In this document: in pieces, positions 46,592 to 61,233 of the stretch | Numbering within the stretch: position 1 is the first letter of the stretch | Layout of the letters: each line of letters starts with the position of its first letter | Assembly (NCBI GenBank): GCA_001275005.1 | Contig: JWZX01003373.1 | Coordinates: 1 to 64,000, forward strand | Direction: 5' to 3' | DNA length: 64,000 nt | Origin: Chrysochromulina tobinii | Taxonomy: Eukaryota | Notes under the pieces: model-generated | Told to the model about the DNA's origin: nothing | Databases searched by the model: none | The model's input: the letters and a program-made list of their open reading frames with translations, nothing else | Translations under genes and position numbers: made by a program

Positions 46592-47437
46592 GCATACATC
46601 CGCCTGGCGGGCACCGCACGGAGATGGGAAAAGTGATTGGGGCTTGTGCTGACTTAGTGCTGACTGCTGAGTCAGAACTCAACGAATGCTTGCTCTGCTG
46701 TCTCCGTGCTGGGCGAGCAGGTTTGACTCGAAGAGGTTCTTTCTCGTTGGGGATGCTTGACCGGACCATTCGGCTCGCGTCGTTTATAACGGAACGTTGT
46801 TTGCTCCCTAGTTACTCCCCGCTCCAGTTCGTCCCGTACCGCGAGTGGCGAGACGCCCCCGCCAGGCGCCAGCTGACGTGACCGGAGACAGCACCGTGGC
46901 TGGCCGCCCGGGGGCGCCGCGGCCGCCGGGGGCGCACGAACCCCCGGGGCCCGCGCCGCACGCGGGTCGCTCGCCGCGCGCGGAGCCGCACGCCGGGCCG
47001 ACCTTCCCTGGGGCGCGTCCCGGACTGCCCCGGGTCCGCGAATTTCGCGAATTTTCAATTTAGATTAACGTTTGAACGCATTGAAATATGGTGTCTACCC
47101 ACCGACCGCACTGCACACCGCACTGCGCACCGCAGGGCCACGTACCGGCAACACTCTCGTCCGCGGGCACGTACCGTTGACGGGCACCGCCAACGACACA
47201 AAGTCGTTAGCCCGATCCGCATCTAAAAGCAACATATCGGGCGTCGGCTCCGTAGGTAGGACTCGGAGCCCTGCGGGGCGCTTCTAAGCTTCGACCTTTC
47301 CAACCACGCCACGATGATGATGAGGCCTTGATTGGGCTATGTCTCCGCAAAGTTAGACACCTAGTTTCTGCCCTTGTCCCCCTCCCCCGCCCCTTCTGCT
47401 GCCCGCATATGGCCACGACCTCTTCAAACCCAATCCC

Positions 47438-50400
47438 TTACTTGGCTGCTTGGCCTGATTGCTTGGAGTCCTGCTTGGTATATTTGGCGAGCCACTCCTT
47501 GGCTTCCTCCTCCTCAAACCGCCGGATCGAATGCGGCGAAACCTCCTGCATGCACATAGGGCACTGGCGCTCCGCCTCGATGAGCGCCGTGAAGCCCGAG
47601 TACAGCGCAGGGAAGGAGCAACTCGGGCACGTGGTCAGGTCGCTCAGTACAATGTGGCGCCCGGTGGCGATGCAGTACGGGATCGTGTTGCGCGTGGATG
47701 GGCATTCGAGCACAGTCTCCGCCACGCGCGCATTCGGGTCAAAGGGTGAGGGGGTCTCAGGCTCCTCGATATCCTCGCGCTCGCCAGGCTTACGCACGAT
47801 CGCCTCGATCTTGCGCTTGTACGCCTCGCCAATCTGCGAGCGGTACTCAGGGCGCATGAGGGTGGTGGCGTGCTCGAAGGACGCGCCACGCAAGCCGGAG
47901 CGGTGGCACTCGATGACCGTCGACGTCATGATGGGCACGATATGCATCGGGAAGCGCGAGATGTGCTTGCACACACGGATGAGCATGCGCGCGCCACTCA
48001 GATGATCGCCGAGCTTGGTGAGAGGCCGGACGAGGACGTACGAGTGCAGCAGCATCAGGTTGAGCGCGAGCTCCTGCGGCACGCGGATGCGCTGGGCCGT
48101 GAGCTCGCGGTGCGTGTCGAAGAGAATTCCGTGCGCGATGCGGTAGTTGCCTAGCTCCTGCTCCTGGCGCGCGATGATGATAGCCGTCTTGGCTGCCTGC
48201 GGGTAGTTGCCGAGCGCCATGTAGAGTCTGAAGATGTAGTTGGGGTCCTTGGGAACGCCGTCGGTCTCGCCCATGAGAAAGTCGATGAGTTGATGTGTCA
48301 GCATGTCTGAGCGCGCACGCCCGACCACTTCGATGGCCTGGTCGACCGCACGCTCAGAGCACTGCAGAAAGAGGCGCAGCGCCTTCGCGTACTCCTTGCA
48401 CGCGAACCAGAACTCGCCCGCCTTCAGCGCGTCCGCCTTGCCCTCGTAGTACAGCGCCACCTTTTGATTCTCCTCGTGCGTGCCAGCGCCACCGAGCGAC
48501 TGCGTGTACACCTCCATTTGATCATGCTTGCCGGCGAGCTCGAACGCCTCTGTGGGCCGCTTGGCGAGCACGAGGAACTCGATGGCACCACGGAAGTCGC
48601 CACGCGCCTGGCAGTGCTGCGCGACGAGCAGCGCGCCCTGCGGCGACTTGGTCTCTCGAACGATCGCCATGGCGCGGTCCGGCTGCTCGAGCGCGGGGAG
48701 GAGCAATAGGCGCACCACCGAATCAAGGTCGTTGGCGCGCTCATACGCGGTCACCGCCTCCTGCATGGATCCCTCCGCCTCCTTGGCCTTGGCAAACTCG
48801 GAGTGCAGCTTGGGCGAGGCGATCTTAGCCATCAGTGGTGCGACGGCGCCCCAATTCTTCGTCTTGATGTAGATCGCGGCGGCCTTGTCGAGCTGCTCAC
48901 CCGTCTCGTACAGACGTGCCGCATCGTTCCACTGCTTGAGCGCCTCGAGCAGCACGGCACATTCGCGACAGCACTCGCGGTCCGCGCCTTCCAGTGCGAG
49001 GGCCACGCCGCGTGACGCCTCGCCAATACGCACCGACATCTTGGCGATGCCGACGCGGCAGAGTCGCTCGTGCGTGCCATCGCGCGCCCAGGAGCGTCCC
49101 GTCGAGACGGGGGCGTCGCCAAGCCCGCGCTGGTACATGTTGAGCGCCTGCTCGTACTGCTCACGAAACTCGAGCTGCTTTGCGAACTCCCGTGCAATCA
49201 TGGGCACCTGGTCGGGGGCGAGCGTCTTGGCAAGCTTGAGCGCTTGCTCCCAGTGCAACAGGTCGCGTCGCATCTCGAGCGCCGCAAGCGGGCGCGACGA
49301 CTGCAGAAAGTGGTCCTGCGCGACAGCATGGTCGTCGAACATGATCGCGAGGTGGCCCGAAAGAAGGTGCTGGTCTTCGAGGCCCTCGAGCTTCTGCAAG
49401 GCCATGACCATGCCCGCATCGCCAAGGTGGCGGTAGCAGCGGGTGGCCATCGGCAGGTCGATTAAAGTCATGGCGGCGTGGCCGAGCTGCACGAAGAGAG
49501 CCGCCTCCTTAAGGGTCATGGCGAGGTCCCACGCGCGGCTCAGCCGGCCAAGCGCCACAGACTGCTTGAAGCACAGCATGAGCTTTTCCGGGGTGGCGCC
49601 GCCCCGCTGGTCGAGTTGCACGATGGCCTCGTGTGTGGAGAGCACGACGGCCGAGATCGTTCCATTAGGCTCCTGGCAGGTGAGTGTGCCGCCTTTGAGC
49701 ATGATAGGGGAGAGATGCGGCGAAGCAAGCCGCTGGTCGGTTGCGATGGCCGTGACAGCCGCGCCGTAGACGGAGTGAGGCTTGTACAGGTAAACCGAGT
49801 AGAAGCCGACGCCAAACGCGACGAAGAGGGTGGGATCGGAGAGGTCCCATAGGATCTTGTGGCCAGCATTCGCCATCGGCAACTGGGGGATGGGCAGCAC
49901 CGACTCGTCGATGGGCGAGAGCAGGTGGCCAAGGCCCGCAGCGTCGACGAAGGCGACGCGCGTGCCCGAAGCGTTCGGGAAGCACGCAGTGACTGGCGAG
50001 TCGTGACGGAACTCCGAGACCTGCGCCAGCTCGGGCAGGTACACGTACGTGATGGTGCCGCGCCGCGTGCCGTAAATCAAGAATTCGGCCGTGAGCGCCA
50101 GGCACGAGACGTCGCGCTGCTGCTTGTCGTCGGGAAGGTCGCGCGACGCGATGCCGTTGCCAGAATCGGGCCCGAGCAGCGCTTCGAGCGAGATGCGCCC
50201 CGAGGAGAGGACTGCCACGTAGTCGGCGTTGAGATGGATGGCGTCGACAGTGCCGAGGTACTCCTTCTCGTGCGCGAGTGGGCAGCCTGCGTCGCGCAGG
50301 TCGTGGAAAAGCACGTGGTTGTTCATGCCGAGCGCCACGTGCGTCGGCCCGAGTGCCGCAAAGTCGGGCTCCATCTGCACGGTGACGACGAGCGGCTCGG

Positions 50401-51665
50401 CCTCCGGCTTGGCCGAGTCCACCACGGAGACCTCGAGCAGCGAGGTCAGGTACATGTATCGCGTGCCGTGTGTCGAGGCGAGCACGGGCAGCGAGGCGAG
50501 GAAATTGTAAACGCACCCGGTGCTCGAGGCGACTGTGAGGATCTGCCCGTCGCGCGTCCACTGCAGGTGCTGCAGCTGCCCGCCGTCCGTCTTGAGCACG
50601 ACGCTCTCGTCCGGCAGCTCGCCGTACGCGGAGGCGTCGGTGCCGCCGAGCGCAACGACCTTGACCGCGTTGCCGGCGCACATAGCGGCACGGCGCAGCC
50701 GCTCCGAGACGGCGAGCGCCGTGCCATTGCTCGAGAAGAGTTTGTGTGAGAAGACCTCTGACGGAGTGGACCCGCGGCGCACGTCGTACACGACCATCCA
50801 GCCGCTCTCGAAGCCGATGGACACGAAGGCGGCGCCGACCCACTCGTACGCGACAATGGCGCCGTGCTGCTTGGGGAAGCTCAGCTCCGCCACCGAGCGA
50901 AGCTGGTCGCCGTCCTTCAGCTCGAAGATGGCGAGCGTCACGCGGCTAATGATGGTCGAGATGAACGACCCGGCGATTCGCAGCTCCGACGGATCCCCGC
51001 GCACCGCCTGCTGCATGAGCGTCAATCCGGCTTGGTCGGAGAGCGTGAGCTGCTTGTCCTCCGATGCGAGTATGAGCTCATCACGCTCATTCCAAGCGCC
51101 GGACGTAATGCGCTTGGTGTGCTTGCCCAGCAGCGATTGCTTCTTCAACGTGCGCTTGTCATACAAGCAGAGAGTGCCCTTCTGATTGCCGATGGCAAGC
51201 AGCGGTGCATTCGCCGCCCACTTGATAAATGTCAAGACCTCGCCTTTGTCAATACGTGCATTCGTATCGACCGACGACTCGGTGTTCATGTTGGCGTCCC
51301 ACAGCCGAATTATCGCAGAGTTCTGCTGCAGGATGGCAAGCTTCTCGCCCTCAACGTCCCACTCCAGCTGAAGGCATTGGCCAGCGCCTTCAAGCGGGAT
51401 TTCTGCGTGCGGCCCGCCCTGCCGATTGAAGACGTTGACAATCTTGTTCGCACCACAAGTAGCCAGGAAGATGCCCTGCGGGTGCCATGCACAGATGACT
51501 TGCCCCTTGCCATGGGTTTGCGCCTCAAGGGAGAAGAGTCGCTTCTGCAAGGCACAGCAAGCGAGTGAAGCGGGCGATTGGTGAGCAGGCCGGTCCAAAG
51601 CTGGTGAGCCCGGAGAGTGCCGGCAGCGACGCGAGTTCGGCGCTATCGGCCCGTTGGCTCACCAT
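47438..51665 (-). CDS. WDR19: Intraflagellar transport protein IFT144/WDR19, 2 exons
   Basis: GKHTKRITSGAWN, ALEMRRDLLHWEQALKLA, LIDFLMGETDGVPKDPNYIFRLY, LMLLHSY and PYCIATG. ATG at 51665-51663 is followed directly by intron 51545-51662, giving MKRLFSL. Confidence 0.95.
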
Positions 51666-52102
51666 TAAATATTTACGAAGCGGCTGCTGTTCAACACAAC
51701 GCGCTCGGTCCCCTCGAGCACGAGGGTACTGTACGTGACGTCGGAGCTCGGCGCGCGCCGCGCGCGTCGCTAATCCGTGAAGTGCAAGCAGCTTTGCTTC
51801 AGGGATTTGCATAATCGAGAGTTCATCCACGGGCGTGGCTGCTTGGAGTTGGACGTCCTTGACGTGGGACGTGGCTATGTCCCTATGTGCTATGACGTGA
51901 GCTGTGCTTGGTTTATGCTTGGTTCCTTCTTCCTTGCATCGGCGATTGTGGCGATGCTTGGTTTCTCGATGCTTGGAGGCGATTGGCGATTGGCGAGATA
52001 CGACGAGATTAGGCGACCCACTGGACGAGATTTGGCGACGAGATTACAGATTTGACGCGTAGAGCGGGACAGAGCGACAAAATTTGAAAATACACACGAT
52101 GT

Positions 52103-53881
52103 TCACTCGCGATGCTGCATGTACGGCCGACCATCGTCCGCGTCGGCTGCGCTGCCGCCACGAACATCGCATGCATGGACGGCGTTGCTACAGCTGCCGC
52201 CTGCACTCGCCGAGGAGTTGCGGTGCGCAAGCAGCACGCGCAGCGCTGCTGCCGCTACGTACGCGACAAACAGGCCGAAGAGGATAGATGCGAGCACTTG
52301 AAAATCGCGAGGGAATGTGAAGAACATCTGGAGCAGCACCTGGAGCACGAGCGTAATGGTCGTGTTCAGACCACTCACAGCTGCGAAGCGCGGCTGACCC
52401 TGGCAACTTGTAGCCGCGATGCAGCGCGCGCCCTCCGCTTCGCAAAGCACGCGCATCATTTCAAAGCCGACGTGGAAGCTGACGTACCCGAGCGCGTACA
52501 GCTGCTCGGTCTCGGCAATGGTCATCGTGTAGAGCAGTGCCGCGAGCACCAGCGGGCTGCCGACTATAAGGCTCTCGCGCGTGCTGTGGAAGACTGAGTC
52601 GCTGCTGAGTCGCTCAAGGAGTGGGGGCAGCAAGGCAGCCAAACCACCGAGCAGGCTCGCCAACGCTTGGATGTAACCGTTGATGGACTCGCGGCCAACA
52701 TGGTCGCAGTGCGCGGACGGGCCGTCTGGCAGAGGACAGGTCGGCACGTTCACGTTCACGTGGTTCACGTTCACGTGGTTCACGTTTGCCCTTGGAAAAG
52801 ACAGGGAATGCGGCGGCGGCGATGGGGTGCCGACCGGGTGCGGCGGCAGTGGGATGCCCGACTGCCAGTACGTGACCACGAGGTGGTGCACCGCCGTCGC
52901 GACTGCAATCCAGGCGTAGTAGTAGACGGCTCCTGAGTGGCGCAGCACGTGCGCCGTGTCCGTGCACACGAGCCGAGCCTGCGAGCTCGTGGCTAGGAGC
53001 GGGGACGAGGCGGTGGCGCCAGTCTCGAGAGCGCCGTCAGACGCTACCAGCCCAGCGGCCGAGCTCGGGTTGGCACCCACACTGCGCGAAGGATGCTCAG
53101 CGGCGAGCTGCGCCGCCGCAACATCGGCACGTGCGCTCCCTAGGATGCTCCCTGAGATGGGTGTGGTGGCCATCGGGCGGCCATTCACAGCAGCCGGAGC
53201 AGAGTCGTCGCTGCTTGAGCACCCTCCCGCGGCGGACCGCGACACGTTGATCCCAACGCTCCAGTCGACTCTTGCCGCCACGCTGCATGGAGCGAGCAGT
53301 GCGTCCTTGGCGATCATTGTTTGGCGTGCGGGAAGCAGGAAGACCGCAAGGACAGCGGCGCCGGTGAACACAAAAGAGAGAAGGAAGAGCAGATCGAGGG
53401 GCACTTGCCGTGAAATCAGTAATTGCCCCAGCAAGCTCGCGCTTGTCTCAGCAACCACGCCGACGCATGCGACCAGGCCGGCCGCTCGCACGTACGACAC
53501 GCGCGGCAACCCCCTGTACATGATCGCACTCAAGGCTGGGTGCGCAGCAAAGCCTACAGCAATGGACACCTGCGAGACTTGCATCCACTCGACAGAGCAC
53601 GTTGAAAAGGGCACGAGCATGATGATGATCGTCAGAAGCCGTCCGATCGCTCCGAGCAGCACGACGTGCCGATGACCGACGAGCTCTGCTAGCGCGGCCA
53701 GAGGCGGCAGCAGCGCGAGATACGCGTAACTCCACACGGGGAAAATGTTGGCGTTGATAGCTTCCGCAGGGATACCCTTGATGCACTCGAAGAAAACAAA
53801 GAGGAAGGGCTCGGACGGCTTGAAAGCGATTAGCGCCGTGTACAAGCAGACGACGGCGAGCAACGAGCTCTGCGGCAACAT
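52103..53881 (-). CDS. SLC19 (reduced folate/thiamine carrier)-family MFS transporter
   Basis: N-terminal CLY....FKPSEPFL and IFPVWSYAYL signature, multiple TM helices and a long central loop. Contains a 15-bp repeat encoding NVNHV at about 52745-52786. Confidence 0.8.
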   Translation of the reverse strand: MLPQSSLLAVVCLYTALIAFKPSEPFLFVFFECIKGIPAEAINANIFPVWSYAYLALLPPLAALAELVGHRHVVLLGAIGRLLTIIIMLVPFSTCSVEWMQVSQVSIAVGFAAHPALSAIMYRGLPRVSYVRAAGLVACVGVVAETSASLLGQLLISRQVPLDLLFLLSFVFTGAAVLAVFLLPARQTMIAKDALLAPCSVAARVDWSVGINVSRSAAGGCSSSDDSAPAAVNGRPMATTPISGSILGSARADVAAAQLAAEHPSRSVGANPSSAAGLVASDGALETGATASSPLLATSSQARLVCTDTAHVLRHSGAVYYYAWIAVATAVHHLVVTYWQSGIPLPPHPVGTPSPPPHSLSFPRANVNHVNVNHVNVNVPTCPLPDGPSAHCDHVGRESINGYIQALASLLGGLAALLPPLLERLSSDSVFHSTRESLIVGSPLVLAALLYTMTIAETEQLYALGYVSFHVGFEMMRVLCEAEGARCIAATSCQGQPRFAAVSGLNTTITLVLQVLLQMFFTFPRDFQVLASILFGLFVAYVAAAALRVLLAHRNSSASAGGSCSNAVHACDVRGGSAADADDGRPYMQHRE

Positions 53882-54028
53882 CGCGTGCCCAGGGGACGAA
53901 TGTGACGAAACCCGAGTCTTCGTGCGAAAAACCCATGTGAAATGCGCGAATCGCGTTAACGGTTTGCATGTTTGGTGCACAAGTTTGGGTGCCCCTCCAC
54001 AAAAGGGCACGCGTCTCTGGCCGACGCC

Positions 54029-55039
54029 ATGGCATATGTACCAGCGCCTGCGGCCGCATTGGTGACCGCGCCGGCGGCCGCCGCACCGCCGGAGGCCACA
54101 CCCGCTGCAGAGCCGCCACTGCCTCCAGGTCTGCCGCCCGCCAACGAGACGGGCTTCGCAGCGCTGCAAATGTTTGGAGGCGACTTTGCTGAACTGATGC
54201 ACTCGCTGAGGCCGCACTCGCTTTTCACCATCACTTCACAGCCGCTCGACGGCGTCGTGACGTCGGGCCTGGGGATGATGAGCGGCGACCATACGCATGC
54301 GCAGGTGGGTACGCAGTACTTCACCCCTTTTGGTGCCCTGAAGGCGGAGCTCATGTCCAACGGCATGCTGCAGGCATCCTTCGAGAACTTCACGCTGCTC
54401 TACGGGATGCTTCAATTCAACACGAAGTTTCTATTCTCCTCCGCCGGCCAGCCTGTCGGCGGCGAGCTCCAGGGCATCGTGGGAACGCCGTTAGGTGCTC
54501 TGGTAGGGTCCACAAACGGGTTGCAATCCAGCATCGAGCTCATCAGCGGCATGCCACTTGGCCAGACGGAGACCTCGACGTCCATGCTGATGTTCGGCGT
54601 ACACAGCTGGTCCATGCTCGGCCTGCGCGGTGGCATTAAGGCTGCGCTCGAGTGGGGCCATCAAGAGCTCGACGGTGAGCAGCTGGTGAGTGCGTCCGCC
54701 GTGACGCTCGCGTGCACAAAGCCTTTTGTGCATCCCGACGGCTCACCACTCGACGAGCCCCAGCAAACCACGAGCCTGACGTTTTCGCACAAGATGTCTT
54801 CGCAGCATTCGCTCTTGGCGAGCCTCGAGTGGGAGCCTAAAACGGAGGGCGTGATGACGGTCGGTGGCACGCGCCAGGTGACCGACCACACGCGGCTGCG
54901 CGGCAAGTGGTCGACGACCGGCGTGCTTGCGCTCGCGCTCGAGGTCGCAGGCGAGAAATCGACTGTGCAGCTGACGACCGAGGTGAATACGGTCTCGGGC
55001 GAGCCAAAATTCGGTGCTACGATCAACCTCTCGCCGTGA
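54029..55039 (+). CDS. Divergent Tom40/VDAC (eukaryotic porin) family beta-barrel
   Basis: Alternating amphipathic strands, SLTFSHKMSSQHSLLASLE, RLRGKWSTTGVLALALE and a terminal beta-signal-like PKFGATINL. Confidence 0.6.
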   Translation: MAYVPAPAAALVTAPAAAAPPEATPAAEPPLPPGLPPANETGFAALQMFGGDFAELMHSLRPHSLFTITSQPLDGVVTSGLGMMSGDHTHAQVGTQYFTPFGALKAELMSNGMLQASFENFTLLYGMLQFNTKFLFSSAGQPVGGELQGIVGTPLGALVGSTNGLQSSIELISGMPLGQTETSTSMLMFGVHSWSMLGLRGGIKAALEWGHQELDGEQLVSASAVTLACTKPFVHPDGSPLDEPQQTTSLTFSHKMSSQHSLLASLEWEPKTEGVMTVGGTRQVTDHTRLRGKWSTTGVLALALEVAGEKSTVQLTTEVNTVSGEPKFGATINLSP

Positions 55040-55512
55040 GCGCACGTGGATGTGCGCGATAGCACCCGCGCGAGAAGCGCCTGAGTGAGCCCACCGTGCG
55101 CGTGGCGGCCGACCACGTCCGACGAAGCCGGGCGGCGGGGTGGTGTGAGGCGGGTGCGGTCGGGGGTGCGGTCGGGGTGGCGGGTCGGGCGCTCGGGCGG
55201 CGCGGCCGACGTCGCCTCGTCGGGTCGGTGTCTCGCGTATACCGTATTTTTGTAATCACACGGTGTGGACGCGCACCAGCCGCGGACCCGCACCCGGCCC
55301 CGGGTGAGGCGGGTGCGGGCCCGCGCCGCGGCACCGACGCCCGCCCGCGGGCCGATCCGCGCAAACGCCCGCACCCGGGAGATGACAAGATCAAGAAACG
55401 AGCTACGGGTATAGCTGTGCACTGGTGACATGGCCGCCCTGTGCGTGTGACAGACGCCGGGCTGTGGGTGCCGCGCACAAACACCCCTGTGCACCTGTCC
55501 GAATTCGATTCA

Positions 55513-58429
<2,917 letters not shown>

Positions 58430-58745
58430 GATTCGAGGAGGAGGGCGTGTTCTGGATACTGCTCTGTCGGATGCCGCGCGCGCTTTCGAGGAAGCGAGCG
58501 TGCGCCCGTCGTCGAGTCACTGTGAAGAGAAAGGCCCCAAAACTAGGTACCGGCCTCTGGCCTCCAAACTCTGGCCGTAACTCCCTCCTGTCCCGTGTCC
58601 GGTGCGCGGTGCATGCCTCATGCGGCGGTTAGATACAATGTATATAAATTGTTGGAAATGGTTTTGACAACCTTCGAGTTGTTCGAGCAGGCTGAGCGCT
58701 ACGAGAGTTCTGAGAGTGCGCGAGGCGCCGGCGCCTCCATCCAAA

Positions 58746-59558
58746 TTATGGGTTTTTGGCTGCAAGACTTGATGGTGCCTCGTCCATGATGACCTGTGAG
58801 GCGAGCACAGCCGCACGAGTCGGCGGCGTCGGCAACGTCGCCCCGGCGGACAGGAGCAACGCCGGCGCATGAAGGAGCTCCAAGGACTCTCTGCGGCGGG
58901 AGGAGGCTTGTGCTTGGGGTGCGGCGTCACCTTTGTGAATTCGTCGTAGTCGATCGCGCCGTCACCATTCTTATCCACTTTCCTGATCACCTGCTCAACG
59001 TCCTCGAGCGTCACCGGCTCACCCACGTTAATCATGATGCGGCGCATCTCCTCGGCGTTGATGAAGCCGTCCCCGGAAGTGTCGAAGACAGAGAAGGCCG
59101 CCCTGAGCGTCTCCTCCGACTTCTCGTCGGCCATTTTGTGCGCCATCAGCGTGACAAACTCGGCAAAGTCGATATCCCCTGTGCCATCAGCATCCGCGAT
59201 CCGGATCATCTCCTCGAGCTCCTCATCGGTCGGGTTCTGCCCAACCGACGCCATCAGGTCCTTCAGCTCTCTGGCATCGATGGATCCTCCTCCATCCTGA
59301 GCGAGCGTGCGCGGCGTGTGAGCGAGGCGGCCAAATGACGACCAGAGCACGGATGCATGCTAGACGCAGGCCGCGCGGACAGTGAGTCCTCTCTTCCCAA
59401 TGCGACGTCGACAGCAGCAGCCCGCACCCCGCACACACCTTGTCGAATGAGTTGAAAGCCTCGCGGAACTCGTCCAGCTGCGCCTCCGTGAGCTTGTCGA
59501 TCACCGAAACATCCTCCCTTCTCTTCATGCCCACGGCCGAAGAAATTTTGTTGCCCAT
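58746..59558 (-). CDS. Calmodulin-like protein, four EF-hands, N-myristoylation motif, 3 exons
   Basis: Loops DKDGGGSIDARE, DADGTGDIDFAE, DTSGDGFINAEE and DKNGDGAIDYDE; starts MGNKIS. Introns 59297-59438 and 58794-58930. Confidence 0.9.
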
Positions 59559-59856
59559 CGCGCGTTGAAGGTCTCTGCGTCAGCAGCACACTCCTGGACG
59601 TCACGCATTACTCCCTTTTGCGATTTGGGCTGTGAATGAAACGAAAATTTTATGTAGTCAAATCAGGTCAAGTCACTTGACTTTTATGTACAACCCGACC
59701 TTCACCTTGCATCATGGCGGGCACAGAGCCTCGGACCGTGAGACCGCACTGTCACGTGTCTGAAAGCTGGGGAGCGGGACAGAGGAGCGCAATTCCTCGG
59801 GCGCTCTCATCTCTACCGTCTCTAATATGGAGGCTCCGTACTCGTCTCTATGGATA

Positions 59857-61065
59857 CTAGACCAGATCGGCGACGTTCATGGGCATCTCGTCGATCTGCG
59901 TGGAGTAGTACTGCTCGATGTCGCGCAGGATGCGGATGTCGTCCGACTTGACGAAGTTGATCGCCACACCCTTGCGGCCAAAGCGTCCCGAGCGGCCGAT
60001 GCGGTGGATGTAGAGCTCACGGTTGTTGGGCAGGTCATAGCAGATGACGAGCGAGACCTGCTGCACGTCGATTCCGCGCCCCCAGATGTCGGTGGCGATG
60101 AGAACGCGTGAGTCCCCCGCGCGAAATTCGGCCATGATTGCGTCACGCTCCTTCTGTGGCATGTCGCCGTGCATGGCCGAGACGGTGAAGTTGGCTTGAC
60201 GCATCTTATTCGTGAGCCAGTCGACCTTCTTCTTCGTATTGCAGAAAATGACGGCCTGCGTGATGGTGAGCGTATCGTACAGATCGCACAGCGTGTCGAA
60301 CTTCCACTCCTCGCGCTCAACCGCGACAAAGAACTGCTTGATGCCCTCTAGTGTCAGCTCGTCGCGCTTGACGAGGATGCGCACAGGGTCGGTCATGAAC
60401 TTGCGCGTCATCTCGAGGATCTCGGTTGGAAGCGTGGCCGAAATGAGGACGACCTGGCATGCGGGCGGAAGATACCGGTAGATATCGTAGATCTGCTCCT
60501 TGAATCCCTGGGAGAGCATCTCGTCAGCCTCGTCGAGCACGAGCATCTTGATTGCGCGCGTGCGAAGGTTGCCCCGTTTGATCATGTCGAAGACGCGGCC
60601 AGGAGTGCCCGAGATGGCGTGCACGCCCGCGTCGAGCCGACGCATGTCCTCGCCTATGTTCTTTCCGCCGATGCAGGCGTGGCACTGCACGCTCATGTAG
60701 TCGCCGAGCGCCAGGATTACCTTTTGCGTCTGCTCCGCCAGCTCGCGTGTGGGTGCGAGCGCGAGCGCTTGCGTCTCACGCAACGAGGTGTCGAGGCATT
60801 GCAAAATACCGGCGCAGAAGATGGTCGTCTTGCCCGTCCCTGACTGTGCCTGCGCGATCGTATCGCGTCCTTTTAGAATTGGCATGATTGCGCGCTGCTG
60901 AATGGCCGAGGGCTTCTCGAAGCCGTAAGCGTAGATACCGCGGAGGAGCTCTTCTTTGAAGCCCATCGCGTCGAATGTGGGGACAATCTCGACGTCCTCG
61001 GACGTGTCAAATGAGAGCGGCGCCTCAGCTTCGAGCGCCGGTCTGGAGGAAGACGTGGCGGCCAT
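59857..61065 (-). CDS. EIF4A3: DEAD-box helicase eIF4A-III (exon junction complex)
   Basis: [68 protein letters not shown] and [18 protein letters not shown] (III-type residues). Confidence 0.95.
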   Translation of the reverse strand: MAATSSSRPALEAEAPLSFDTSEDVEIVPTFDAMGFKEELLRGIYAYGFEKPSAIQQRAIMPILKGRDTIAQAQSGTGKTTIFCAGILQCLDTSLRETQALALAPTRELAEQTQKVILALGDYMSVQCHACIGGKNIGEDMRRLDAGVHAISGTPGRVFDMIKRGNLRTRAIKMLVLDEADEMLSQGFKEQIYDIYRYLPPACQVVLISATLPTEILEMTRKFMTDPVRILVKRDELTLEGIKQFFVAVEREEWKFDTLCDLYDTLTITQAVIFCNTKKKVDWLTNKMRQANFTVSAMHGDMPQKERDAIMAEFRAGDSRVLIATDIWGRGIDVQQVSLVICYDLPNNRELYIHRIGRSGRFGRKGVAINFVKSDDIRILRDIEQYYSTQIDEMPMNVADLV

Positions 61066-61233
61066 GTTCTCTCGAGACCCGAGCGCGCGCAAGCAAGCAG
61101 CGGCTCGTCACCAAGGCCAGCGCCAGATGTACTCCAGAAGTACGGTCTGTGAACCGTTTCCAGCTCGAGAAGAGAACATTGCGATGGACTTAGATTGACG
61201 AAACGTACCGGCACTCTCTTTTGGGGACCAGCC

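Noticed and set aside
51777..52055. 92-aa ORF with a hydrophobic stretch between WDR19 and SLC19
   Set aside because: Non-ATG start; made of low-complexity GACGTG, ATGCTTGG and CGAGAT repeats, more likely UTR or intergenic.
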